The notes below the pieces were generated by a model. It did no database searches and had not been told where the DNA came from. It saw only the letters and a program-made list of their open reading frames with translations. A DNA stretch of 64,000 nucleotides from Octopus vulgaris (taxonomy: Eukaryota). A program made the translations under genes and the position numbers. Of this stretch, positions 12,766-25,935 are shown in pieces; the first letter of the stretch is position 1; every line of letters begins with the position of its first letter. The stretch lies in NCBI GenBank assembly GCA_951406725.2, contig OX597820.1, positions 50,902,001-50,966,000 of the forward strand, read 5' to 3'.

Positions 12766-13875
12766 ACAGTTGCGGTCAAAATGTTCAGAACGGCATTATT
12801 TTCGTCAGAAAAGTAGATATAATTTTTTATTAAAGTTGTTTCATATTCTATAATTTTCACAGACAATAAATACGACTTTATTTGTTAGTGTCTGAGATTT
12901 TGGTGTAATTTGCGGGGATAATACAAAAGTTATGGATGATTTAGGGATTTACTGCAAAACCCATAAAATGAATACGTACTGGTGTTGATTGGCTTGACTA
13001 AAATTCTTGACGTCAGTGCCTCAGGATTGCCTCGGTTCATTCCTTCAGTTGCGAAGTGTTTCCTTGCATACATATATATACACACACACAAACATATAAT
13101 CACACATATAATACCCCTACATTTTGTACACACACGCACATACATACATACATTCACTCCCACGCACTCACACACACATTTACATATATATATACAATAC
13201 ACGACACACACTTACACACGTACAAACACACACGAATTCACATACAAACCGACACATACATACACACAACATATACCTCCACGCGCACGCACGCATACAC
13301 ATACGTACACACATATAAGCACAGACACACACATACATGCGCACACATACGCACGCACACATACATGCACACAATTATACATATACGCACATATAAGCAC
13401 ACACACACACCCACACATACACTTAGTTAAGCACAGTTACTCGCCATACACACAAAAAAACGCACACGTACACACACATAGTACAACTAAACACACACAC
13501 GAGACATATACACGCACACACACATTCCTTCTTGTTTCTGACCTGTGACTCGCTAGCCTTCACCCACCATATACACACATACACACACACGCACACACCC
13601 CCACACACACCCTTGTCATCTCGCACACCCTTGCTACTGCTGTTTGCCCTAGCCTTCGCCCACCATATACACACATACACACACGCCCACACTCACACGC
13701 ACACCCTTGTCATCTCGCACACTGTTGTTTACCTTCCTTCTTTTTCCGCTCTCTTGTCTTTGAAAACCTGCACCTTCTTGTTTACTACATCCGCCTTTTC
13801 AGTGTGTTGACATCGTGAAGACCACTTGCATTTTTTTCCCTCTGTCCTCCCACCTCGGGATCTTTCTTTCTCCTA

Positions 13876-13912
13876 TGTTTCCGACGAAGAGCTCCGCTCG
13901 AAACGTCATACC
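13876..13912 (+). ncRNA. Minimal hammerhead-like motif (PLE type), imperfect
   Basis: CCGACGA-A-GAGC-TCC-GCTC-GAAA-C-GTC: 4-bp stem II and loopless stem III (AC/GT). U4 is C and stem I is weak. Confidence 0.5.
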
Positions 13913-14001
13913 CTCCTTCTTCCCATTTTCCTGAGCGCCCAATAATACTTTAATTGTTTTATACTTTTTAATACTTTTTGTTTTCTTGTTTGAATTAACT
14001 T

Positions 14002-14038
<37 letters not shown>

Positions 14039-14059
14039 ATGTGTGTGTGTGCGCGCGCG

Positions 14060-14255
14060 CGCGTGTTTGTATTTGGTTCCCTACCACCGCTTGACAACTG
14101 ATGTTGGTATGTTTACGTCCACGTAAATTAGCGATTCAGCAAAACAGACCGATAAAATAAGTACCACTGGAACTGTAAAAAATGAATACGTACTGGTGTT
14201 GATTGGTTTGACTAAAATTCTTGACGTCAGTGCCTCAGGATTGCCTCGGTCTAAT
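14060..14255 (+). mobile_element. SINE family B, 3' half
   Basis: CCACCGCTTGACAACTGATGTTGGTATGTTTACGTCC...CAGACCGATAAAATAAGTAC. Confidence 0.75.
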
Positions 14256-14275
14256 GAATAAAAAAATTAAAAGAT

Positions 14276-14364
<89 letters not shown>

Positions 14365-14382
14365 AAAAAAGTCAAGATAGAA

Positions 14383-14681
14383 TTGTGAATTCTTGGTAGG
14401 GAAGAAAGAGAAGAAGAAGAAAAAGAAGAAGGAGGAGGAGCAGAATAAGAATTTGGGAGTGCCATGATGATAGTAGTATTTTGACAGGTCAGTGGATGGT
14501 AGCAGTCCCTGTTCAATTCATGAAAATATTTGTTTTGAAATATTTTAATGAATTGAACTGGGACTGACTGCTACCATCCAATGACCTTTCAAAATGCTAC
14601 TATCGTGGCACTCCCAAATTCTCCTTCTTCTCCTTCCCCTCCTCCTTCTTTTTCTTCTTCTTCCCTACCAAGAATTCACAA
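14383..14681. repeat. Long inverted repeat, ~145-bp arms with ~6-nt spacer
   Basis: TTGTGAATTCTTGGTAGGGAAG...GAATTTGGGAGTGCCA...GGATGGTAGCAGTC...GTTCAATTCAT versus ATGAATTGAAC...GACTGCTACCATCC...TGGCACTCCCAAATTC...CTTCCCTACCAAGAATTCACAA. Confidence 0.92.
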
Positions 14682-14747
14682 GGACCTCGAAACCACAAGA
14701 GTAAACAATAGACAGAAACAGGCAGAAACATGGACAATGCCACTTGC

Positions 14748-15140
14748 ACTCTTTTACACTTTTACTTGTTTCAGTCAGTTGACTGCGGCCATGCTGGAGC
14801 ACCACCTTTAATCGAGCAACTCGACCCCGGGACTTATTCTTTGTAAGCCCAGTACTTATTCTGTCGGTCACTTTTGCCGAACCGCTGGTGTACGGGAACA
14901 TAAACACACCAGCATCAGTTGTCAAGCAATGCTACTGGGACAAACACAGACACACAAACACACACATACATATACATATATACATATATACTACGGGCTT
15001 CTTTCAGTTTCCGTCTACCAAATCCACTCACAAGGCTTTGGTCGGCCCGAGACTATAGTAGAAGACACTTGCCCAGGGTGCCGCGCAGTGGGACTGAACC
15101 TGGAACCATGTGGTTGGTAAACAAGCTACTTACCACACAC
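14748..15140 (-). mobile_element. SINE family B, near full-length, with internal microsatellite
   Basis: CTTTTACTTGTTTCAGTCA..GACTGCGGCCATGCTGGAGCACC...CAGTGGGACTGAACC...CTTACCACAC. Confidence 0.85.
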
Positions 15141-15328
15141 TATACAAATATTCTTTAAAAAAAAACGTTTCTTTTAATTTTTCTAAATTTGATTATTTAA
15201 TTGATACAGTTGAAAAAGTTTCAATGGCTGAAACCGGTACAGAAATGTTTTTTATAAAATTATTTTAGCATTTTCTATCTTGACTTTTTTTCCATATATA
15301 TCAACTCGTGTGTTCCTTTGCATCCTTA

Positions 15329-15362
<34 letters not shown>

Positions 15363-15396
15363 CATACATACATACATACATACATACATACATACA

Positions 15397-15432
<36 letters not shown>

Positions 15433-15436
15433 TATA

Positions 15437-15820
15437 TTACTCTTTTACTTGTTTCAGTCATTTCACTGCGGCTATGCTGGAGCGCCGCCTTTATTCGAGC
15501 AAATCGACCCTAGGACTTATTCTTTGTAAGCCTAGTACTTATTCTATCGGTCTCTTTGGCCGAACCGCTACGTTACGGGGACGTAAACATGCCAGCATCG
15601 GTTGTCAAGCGATGTTGGGGGTACAAACACAGACACACAAACACACACACACACACTCACACACACATACACACACATATATATATATATACATATGCAT
15701 ATATGTGACAGGCTTCTTTCTGTTTCTATCTACCAAATCCGCTCACAAGGCTTTGGTCGACCCGAAGGTTTAGTAGAAGACACTTGCCGAATGTGCCACA
15801 CAGTGGGACTGAACCCGGAA
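15437..15820 (-). mobile_element. SINE family B
   Basis: Aligns along its length with 14748-15140. Confidence 0.85.
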
Positions 15821-16193
15821 AAAGCAAAATGATATCTAATTTTCTTTGTCATTTTCTTTTTATAAGTGTTGGTCTATTCAAGTATTTTCTTGCATTTTTT
15901 TTTATCTGCTTGCTCCCTCGTTTAACGTATTCATATAGATATATATTGTTACAGAATTGATTCAATCGTGTAAATGTGGAACGTGGAAGCGTCTGTGAAA
16001 TTATGATTATTATATGCTTCTTTCTTCACCTTTCCTGTTTTTGTGTATACACTATTTCAGTAATGGCTAACTTAAGTAAAATTTTCCACTTCTAAATCCT
16101 TTTCTGTCACATAAATGTATGTCTTCTTTGATTGTGTTAATAATTAATGTTTAAATACTGGAATGTAGACGCTCTTTATTTAGACACTGTTTT

Positions 16194-16225
<32 letters not shown>

Positions 16226-17087
16226 TGTTTTTCTTTGTCATATCATTTCTCTTTCTGAGAGAAACAATTGAAATTTAATGACAAATATACAGCTGTTTTT
16301 CGATAATGTACCTCTCCACCAGAATGTTTGACGCCCCATTGTTCTTCAATAATTCTAGATTAATCGGAGTTCATTTAAAAATCTCTCGGTATTGTGAAAA
16401 ACCACAAAATTAATGTGGCGAAATCTTTTTCTTAAATTTAAAAGCTAAATACTTTAGAGAAACAACGAAATTTAAGTTTATTGATTTTAATTATATTTTA
16501 ATTGTAGAATCATCGAAATATAAGGTTAATTATATTTTAATTTTTGTAATTTCTTTCCTTGTTACCACCCTGGTATAATTATGATAGACAGAATAATAAC
16601 TTACATGTTTCTGTCCATTTACAAAATTTAAGTGATAGATTCCAAGCCCCTACTTTAATTTGCAAGCCCTCCCCAAATTAGTCATAATTTCTCTCTATTT
16701 TAATTATAAATCCACTCACTAGTGGTTACTCTCCTTTTCATCTCTCTCCCTTATAGGCCTTCTTTTATTGCAGTTCTCCATATATGAATTCCACCCCCAC
16801 CAAAAACAAAAGATCATTTATCATATCTAAATATAATTGAGTTATCAACTTTTCGATGAGGGCCATTTATCTGTAAAATATTTTTAAAAATGATTGAATG
16901 AAATAAAAACCATGACATTTGAACACATCGTTTTTGGTTAGATGTGTCCGTATCAGGCGAATTATAGTAATTTATAGTTAAATATTATACATAAATATAC
17001 ATACATGTATGCATGCATGCATACATACATACATACATACATACATACATACATACATACATACATACATACTAACATACATACATA

Positions 17088-17470
17088 TCAGTGGCCCAGC
17101 GGATGTTATTAACATGCTAAAGATCACCGATAAAGAAAATCCCTACGCTGAAGTATTCACAAATTTGCAGGTACTCTATCCAGATTACAAATTTAGCTTT
17201 ATACCTGTAATTATTGGGACATTCGGATTCGTAACACACTGCTTAAATACCAATCTTGTGAAATTAAGCTTCTCAAAATCAGAGAGAAGAAAGCTTATTC
17301 GAAGTCTACAGATCCAATTCATCACTGGAACTGTAAAAATCTGTAAAGCTTCCAAGACGTTTATCATTTAAGTATATATAAGCATGTCTACATATGCAAA
17401 TATATGCATGAGAATATTTACGTAAAACAGAACATAAAAATCTGTATATATGCATACATACTAACATACA
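17088..17470 (+). mobile_element. 5'-truncated RLE LINE 3' end inserted in (ACAT)n
   Basis: ISGPADV...NLQVLYPDYKFSFIPVIIGTFGFVTHCLNTNL...ERRKLIRSLQIQFITGTVKICK..KTFII*; same family as 18490-18770. Confidence 0.88.
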
Positions 17471-17479
17471 TACTATACA

Positions 17480-18910
17480 GACCAGTAACATATCCATGAA
17501 TGATTTGACTGTTTTCCCAGTATCTGACAATAATTTTACAGTTATCTAGGGGTGGATGAAAATATATCTTACAGTGGCATATATCTTACAGGGTGTTTGT
17601 GGTGCCAGTACTCATACCACCATTTGGGCTGCTTGATTGGACGCTTGATGAGATCCGAGCCATTGATGTGAAAACTCGAAAATTACTAAGAAGCACACAT
17701 AATTTCCACATAAAGTGTGATGTAGACCATCTCTACCTCAAATGAAAACAAAGAAGAAGAGGTATAACATCGATCCAAAATGCTTTTGAATGTGGCATCA
17801 TATCCTTTCGGCAACATCTTTTAACCACTAGCTGTCTTGACCAAGTTTGCATACATGAGGCTGATAATATCATAAGACTTGGAAGGCAGCTCCTTGAGCA
17901 ACACTCTTTGTCTGATAACCTAGAATACACGCCCAAAGAAGTCGCACGACGTATCAGATGAAAAGTTGAGCCCATATGAGCAGACGACTACGCATGGTTA
18001 TGTTACAAGAAAGCTCCATGAAGATAGTAATATCGATCATCAAAGCAGTTTATTATGGACCAATAGCCGGATTACTACTACCCACTTTGAAGGGCATGCG
18101 TTTACAATCCAGGAACAGGAAATATCAACCAAGTACCTGATACATAAAAGGAATAGAGATGCAGGTAAAGCTGTAAAGTGTAACAACCGTTTCAGACTTT
18201 GTGGAGTTCACACTAAAGATATCACTCACGTCATAAGCAGTTGTGCGAAAATGTCGTTACGGTGAGACATATCGCTGTAGCTAGGACACTCTATAATGAA
18301 ATCCGTCGGAAGGATAATCCCAATGACAAATAAATAAGAACCCACAATATGGTAGAAGCCATAGCCACTCATAATTAAAAGGAATACTGGTGGAATGTAC
18401 CAATGAAGACCTCAATAAAATGTAAGCACAGCAGACCTGATTTGATGACTTGCGATAGAGAAGAGAAACTGTGTACAGTTGTCGAAATTAGGTGCCCAGC
18501 GGATGTTAACATAAAGCTGAAGACCAGTAAAAAGAGAACATCTACGTTGAGCTATTGAGAAATCTTCAGTTACTCTATCTAGATTACAAGTTAAGCTTTA
18601 TACATGTAATTATTAGGGCACTGGGATATGTAACGCACTGCCTAAATACCGATCTTGAGAAATTAGTCTTCTCAAAAGCAGAAAGGAGAAAGCTAATTCG
18701 AAGACTACTGAACCAAGCCATCACTGGAACTGTAAAAATCTGTAAAACTTTCGAGAAGTTTATCATTTAAATACATATGGGCATGTGTAGATATGCAACT
18801 ATATGCATGAGAATACATCCATAAAATACACGAATCTGCACATGCATACATATATACATGCATGCATACATTACATGCATACATACATGCATATATACAT
18901 ACATACATAC

Positions 18911-18975
<65 letters not shown>

Positions 18976-19100
18976 GAAGCAAGCAAAAATACCCTGTTGA
19001 TGTTGCTGAAATTCCAATGAAGGGGCCCTAGATCTATGTTAGAAACCAACTCTTTCTCTATTGGCAAGAAATCTCGAAATAAAACTGAATAATGACATAC
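17480..19100 (+). mobile_element. R4/Dong-like RLE LINE, 3' ~1.6 kb (RT thumb, knuckle, RLE, 3' UTR)
   Basis: YLGVDEN; HNFHIKCDVDHLYL; FEGHAFTIQEQEISTKY...FRLCG...ITHVISSC; HSRPDL...VVEIRCPAD; GTVKICKTF. The 3' UTR ends AATAAAACTGAATAATGACATAC. Confidence 0.9.
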
Positions 19101-19114
19101 ACATGATGCACATA

Positions 19115-19440
19115 AAGATGCATGGGTTACTGTTTATGGTATTCAGCTTACGTTCGTATGTCCGTAAGTTCGATTCTCGGTGGCGCTTTGTGATCCTGAA
19201 TAATGCACTTTATTTCACGTTGGTCCAGTCCTCTCAGCTGACAAACTACTAGCAGTACCTGCATTCCAAAGACCAGCCTCGTCGCATTTCGTTTGACGCT
19301 GAATCTCCGTGAGAACTACATTATGCGTAAGTGTATCTGTGAAGTGCTGAGCCACTTGCAAATTAATTACACGAGCAGACATTTGCGCTTATCGGATCAA
19401 CTAGAACCCTTGTCATCGAAACAGACGAAGTGTCAGTTTT
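19115..19440 (+). mobile_element. tRNA-derived SINE family D (Ceph-SINE-like)
   Basis: Head with AGTTCGATTC B box, CACTTTATTTCACGTTGGTCCAGTCC, then GCTGAATCTC..GAGAACTA...GCCACTTGCAAATTAATT...ATCGGATCAAC. A reverse-complement copy lies at 58660. Confidence 0.7.
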
Positions 19441-20479
19441 ATGAGGAAGGAACATATCTCCATTCTGTGGTATTCCTTTCAGATAACTGCCATCTGTGTC
19501 AGCGTGTAATGAAGTAAACCCCTGGATTACACCTTCCAATTTATCTGCTGTGTATAATATATATACAAGTGTCTGCGAAATGTATGCGTATATCTGTGTG
19601 CGTATGGGATTAGTTATAGCCACGGAAAATGCAACCACAGTCTTAATGATAACACATATGTAAACTACAATACTTTAATACCATACATTAAATCCTGATA
19701 ATATTTCTATCTGTTTCATTTGTATTCAATCTGTACCTGTTTCTTGATTATCATTTTTCATACAATTCTCTTGTAGAGATGTCTAAAACATCACTTTTAA
19801 ATTAATTATGTATTTCAATTTCGTAATTATATAAAAATGATGCTTTATACATTTATTCAATTATGAAGTATATGAGAAATTTGTTTTGCTGGTTTTTTAT
19901 ATGCTCTCTCTCTCTCTCTCTCTCTCACTCTATCTTTCTTTGTATGTGCACACATATATATGTATGCTTGTCCGTGTGACTTTGTGTATGTATATGTATC
20001 TATCAATGCATATATGTATATACATATGTATGTATGCATACATACAAAAAGATACATTGCTGATACGATTCATAACATATAAGCAGAATTACGTTCTTGC
20101 ATTTTTTTCTTGCAACTAAAAGCAAAATTCCAAAGCTTATGAAAATTAGAACAAATAATCTGGATATCGGTATTTCCTTTTATGGGAAAAATTTTGATGG
20201 TGTGAATGAATAACAAAGAAAATAAAAATAGAATGGGTATATCACGCATCCTGAGCAGCATATTGTAATTAAGAGGAGACATTTCATAAATAAACAAGGT
20301 GTGAAGAAAATATAGAGAGAAGACAATGATAACATATATGAAATCTATAAAACAATATTAAATTATATAGAATAAGAATGGCTTAATCAGAAAATAGCAA
20401 TCCGAAATCCATCTCCGCTAAAGCGTCCCTGCAGTATAAACTTAAATAATATTGACATGATAGTGTAAGGGAGACAAAT

Positions 20480-21050
20480 GGGTGCAAACCACGCATTTCA
20501 ATTAACGGAACCGGGCGAAGAATATAGTCCTCTTGATTTAATATATAGCTAAACTGATAATATCCATTGGGTAATAAGTAAAAATATAGACGAAGTGCCT
20601 AATACTTCTGCCAGTAGCAACAATAGGAATAACATCAATATGCATCACTGTAATTGTGGGATCCAATTATGTCCGCTTGAAGGAAAATGTCTTAGAAAAA
20701 CAGATTTTAGATGCGTAGTAATGGTTGATGGCATTTACAGAAATTACATAGGATCAGGTTCAACGGATTTTAAGCAGAGATTGTGTAACCAGTTTTCTTC
20801 AGTTGAATATATGGGTAAAACTAAGTGTACCACTTTCCACTTTGAATAGATTCATTAAATCTTTAAAGATAGGACTAATGTATATGATATAAAATAGGCA
20901 ATTACAAGTACACCTTCACCATATACTATTGGAAACTTCCAAGGTAATCCGTGCTTCGAAGAAAAATTTCATAACTTTATTTCTAATTACGGATTACTAA
21001 ATCACAGAAACGAATTAGGCATGAAATGCGCGCATGCTTTTTGAAAGGTA
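20480..21050 (+). mobile_element. Penelope-like element, GIY-YIG endonuclease relic
   Basis: HCNCGIQLCPLEGKCL...RNYIGSGSTDFKQR, then NPCFEEKF...LLNHRNELGMKCAH (CNC..CPL.G.CL / YIG / CLEEK..LLN.R.E...C.H signature). Confidence 0.8.
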
Positions 21051-21696
21051 CTTCCCAAACAAGAATTTTTAATAGATATCCCGTAGATAGAGTATGCACA
21101 TAAGTAATCTAGTCAAATAATCATTGACTTACTCACATAAATCTTACATAAATTCTCATGTTTATATTTTTATTTTCCATTTATTTTCTATTTCGATTTA
21201 TCTTATATCTATTTACGTAATATGTTATGATCTTGTCTTCATTAGGAATAGTCAGTGAGGTGAATATATTCTGACCTAATTAAGTTTATTTCCCGTTCTT
21301 TTCAGTATATAAAATAAGCTATTCTCTTAAATTCTTAAACATTCATTTTAACTATCATATTTTAAAAATTCCTTAATATCATGTAACCTAAGATTTTATG
21401 ATCACTCAACGAGAATATAATTTGCGGAGGGCATTCTAACACTAAATTACTCAGCTTACTGCACCTACCCACATAGGTAAAACCTTCACCATACATGCAT
21501 AGAAATGCCTATCCAGGATGAATATGCACTGTAAATGAACCAACTAAATGCACAGAAATGCTACTCAAATGGCATTAGGACATGTTTGCATAAGAAAGTT
21601 CTGTTAGACTGGGATTTCGTGTGAATTGAATGATACCTGTAATAAACACATTTCGAAGATCTATAACTCTCCATTCTTCTTTATGATATCTTGATT

Positions 21697-21750
<54 letters not shown>

Positions 21751-22688
21751 ACACGCACACACACATGCATATATATCTTGAACTATATGTCAAGACAATG
21801 CGGGTTGACTTTGATAACGCTGAAAATAAAAGATAATATCAATTTAATGATACGCTTATGTAATATAAATCTGTTGAATAATCGTCTTGAGTTGGGGCAT
21901 CTTGTATACATTCCACAAACCGAACGTTTAAATACTTCAAATAAAAGTTGTGAATATTCCTATATTTTTCAAATTTTAACTTTTTATTATAATAATAATA
22001 ATAAGAAATATACTATACTAGCTTTCAATTTAACGTTCATAGATGACTAAAATAACTTCACTTCTAGTTTTAAAATTAATAAGGCATTCCCCATTTATAA
22101 AATACTATGCCCACTCATAATAATAAGTGATAGGTTTTTTTCCCTACTCTCTGTAAAAGGGATTAATGATCATTTGACATTGACCTAGTTTATCTCACCA
22201 AATAGCAGTAATTGGCATTTTGTTAGTGGCAACTACTGTCTTCAACTTGAATTCCTTTTATGGTATTCTGAAACCTCCTTTACCCCATTCCTACAACTAA
22301 AAAATCTTTATTACTTCTAACCTTATAGCAGTTAGATACAGCCATAGCTTGGTCAGTCAGTGGTTGGACTTCACTACCTCATATGTTCTTAAAATGTAAA
22401 TCTACGTCTTTGTCTGTATATCTACCTTCTCTATAATGTTGCTACTTGATTTGAAAACTTTTATATTAATGGAAAACCTATATAAGTGGCTGATGAACAC
22501 TCAGCATCTTAAATCCGGTGTAATACTTACAACTTTTAATAAAACAATTGTACCATATTACCGGAGTCATTCTTGTTGCTTATTTTGATTATAATCACCC
22601 CGTAAATTTTTATGGATAACACCATACAAAATTCTGGTGCATCTAAATTAAGTACCATATTCATTCGAATCTAATTTTTTGCTGAACT

Positions 22689-22719
<31 letters not shown>

Positions 22720-22756
22720 ATGTATCTATGAATGTATATATACACACGCATACATG

Positions 22757-22852
<96 letters not shown>

Positions 22853-22860
22853 TATACATA

Positions 22861-23089
22861 TATACTTTATTTAGAAGCAGCAGAAATATAACAAAGGCTT
22901 TTACTCAGAGTTATACGTTCCCGTTCGTTGGACTGTTTAACAAAACGGTCCGAAGAACGGGAACGTGAAACTCTGAGTAACAGCTTTTGTTAATGTTTCT
23001 GCTGCTTTTAAATAAAGCATATTATTCTTCCTCTGGTATTTGAGTACTCTTTTTTCCACCTTGTTTCACATTTATGTGCATACTCTGCT
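22861..23089. mobile_element. Hammerhead-bearing short element (PLE pLTR/retrozyme-like) with a head-to-head inverted duplication (arms 22861-22938 and 22943-23021)
   Basis: The arms are reverse complements. The right arm has CGGT-CCGAAGA-ACG-GGAA-CGT-GAAA-CTC-T-GAG-TA-ACAG (22946-22983). Same family as 35806-35944. Microsatellite flanks. Confidence 0.75.
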
Positions 23090-23291
23090 ATATATATATA
23101 TATATATATATAATAGATGATTCGAATATAACAATATAGTTATAGTGTAATTGACCATCGTCATTTTAGGCAAGATGTGCTGAAACATTAACCGTCCTTC
23201 AGAGCTCCCCTATAGACCGGCCCTGTTGAAGAACTTCCTGCGCATCAATTCGTTAGCTTATACTTAAGACTAAGGTTTCTTATTACTGCAA

Positions 23292-23313
23292 AATAATAAT
23301 GATGATGATGATG

Positions 23314-23391
<78 letters not shown>

Positions 23392-23413
23392 TTAATAATA
23401 ATAATAATAATAA

Positions 23414-23444
<31 letters not shown>

Positions 23445-23608
23445 ACGATGACGAAGACGACGATGACGAAGAAGAAGAAGAAGAAGAAGAAGAAGAAGAA
23501 GAAGAAGAAGAAGAAGAAGAAGAAGAAGAAGAAGAAGAAGAAGAAGAAGAAGAAGAAGAAGAAGAAGAAGAAGAAGAAGAAGAAGAAGAAAAAGAAGAAG
23601 AAGAAGAA
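23292..23608. repeat. Compound (AAT)n-(AAG)n microsatellite
   Basis: Direct reading. Confidence 0.97.
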
Positions 23609-23950
23609 CGCCTCTTATGTGTGGTACTCGATACAAGGAACTGCTGTCGGTGAAAGCACTATATAGTTTCTTACATGAAAATTTGTGTCAGATTCTTGCC
23701 AGTGTCACTTGCGATCATTCCATAGCAATAAGAAAGCATGACCTGAGCTGTCCAATATATGCTAATATCTAGAATCCTTTAAGAAATCTCTAAATCTTTA
23801 CTTTCCTCCTGATATCTCATGAGATCAGTCTATCGTAAGCACCCACGAAATTTCAAGTCATAGCCAGAAAAATTAAACCGTTATCAAAAATATATGTAAC
23901 TCGTACCGAATGTATTCAGTGTACATCTCTTTCCTTCATCCACTCGTACA

Positions 23951-24015
<65 letters not shown>

Positions 24016-24209
24016 TTATGTATGTATGTATGTATGTATGTATGTATGTATGTATGTATGTATGTATGTATGTATGTATGTGTACGCGTGCGTGCGTGCA
24101 TTGCTGCACGCATGCATGTAGGTATGTATGCATGCATGTAGGTATGTATGCATGCATGTTTGTTTTCCACCTGCCTTCGTCTTTTGTCTATTTTCATAAA
24201 GCTTCCCGT

Positions 24210-24243
<34 letters not shown>

Positions 24244-25935
24244 TATATATATATATACATATACAATTTATGTAGATATTTACCTCAAGTATATGTAGTC
24301 ACATGCACACACACATGTGTTAAATCTCACAAACATGATATGTTTGATTGCATTGATGCATACATTCTCACCCACCCTTTTCTTTCACTAAATCCAGGCC
24401 TATATAGCTAAAAGTTGTGTAAGAATACACGCACGCCTGAAAGGTATATAATGAAGTAGTTAATATTATATATATGTATGGCAAATGCAATGTAACAAGG
24501 TATAATTTCCATGTGGAATATATTTCATATAAGATACTTGCAATGTTTGTGAATATATTTATGGATTCCTATTATTATGAATATATATATATATATATAT
24601 AAATGAATATTAAGATATTTCAGCTTGTACAACATATACATCGTATAAAACATGTAATAATAACGAATCACAAAATACAATGCATGATATGATGCATAAA
24701 TTTATTTGTAAAAAAATTCAAAATGCGATCTAAAATGTAAAACGACTTTAAAATTGATAACATAATAGGAACAAATTTTCATATATAGCGATGCGAGATT
24801 ATGTGAAAGTGAAAGTAATCTTTATAGTCAAAATTGTGTGTTCACTTTTCTTTATGGCTTACAAAAATATTGAAGGAAAATACACAGAAAATACTAGTTA
24901 ATAGATTATATAATATTTATATGCTTTTTAATGTTACAACAGTACATACTAATGTATGGATATAATGGATATAGGTGTGGGAACTTGTGCCTATATATAT
25001 ATATATATATCCGTGTGTATGTATATATACCCGCGTATGTGTGTATACATACATATATATACATATATGTATAGTATACTTATGTGCATGTGTGTGTGTG
25101 CGAGTGTATGCATATGTATAATGATATGTAGATAGATAGTTTTACTCTGAATCATGTGCTCACTTATGCAGCTGCATGCACGTAACTGTATCCTAAAACT
25201 CATTTATTCAAATATTGGCACGGGTACATCTTGTGATGAAGAAGTTAGATTCGCACTAAATTGGCTTTAGTGCTCTCACTTTGTGCAACATCTTTGGGAC
25301 AGGTCTCCCACAACAGTGCTGGGATGCCTAATACCTTGTGAGAAGAATTCCGTTGCATATTCATAATACGCAAACATATCCATATCTGTGTGTTTGTGAA
25401 AAATGCGTGGATACTTGTGCGTAATGCGTATGTGTATTTGTGTATGTGTTTGCGCTTGCGTGTGTATGTGTGTGTGTGTGTGAGAAAGAGAGAGAGAGAG
25501 TATCTATTTATATCTTTGTGCGTGCAGATACACAGACGCAGATACACAAACACGCAGACACACACGCACACACACACACACACACACAAACACTCAAAAT
25601 AATAAAATGAGATGACAGAAGAAAAACACGACTATGTAATGAAGATCGTTAACTTACAGCAGCTTTTACTAATGAAGTCCATAACATAATCGTTTTTTTT
25701 CCATTGACATCTTATATTCTTATTACCGCTCTATACTCGTCTAACTCTTCACTCTGTAGCATATGTATATTGAGTTCTACACCCGATTATTAGTCACGCA
25801 AAGCCTAAGTGAAATATTAAAATATAACATATGATAAACACACACATACACACACACATGCACATTCAGACAGAGACACCCATACACACAAACAAACACG
25901 CACGCACATAATATAAGCAATTCCTGGAGATAGAT

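Noticed and set aside
22485-22530. CTGATGA hammerhead candidate (similar weak cases at ~19010-19050 and ~60596-60680)
   Set aside because: The GAAA box and/or stems cannot be completed without assuming several mutations.
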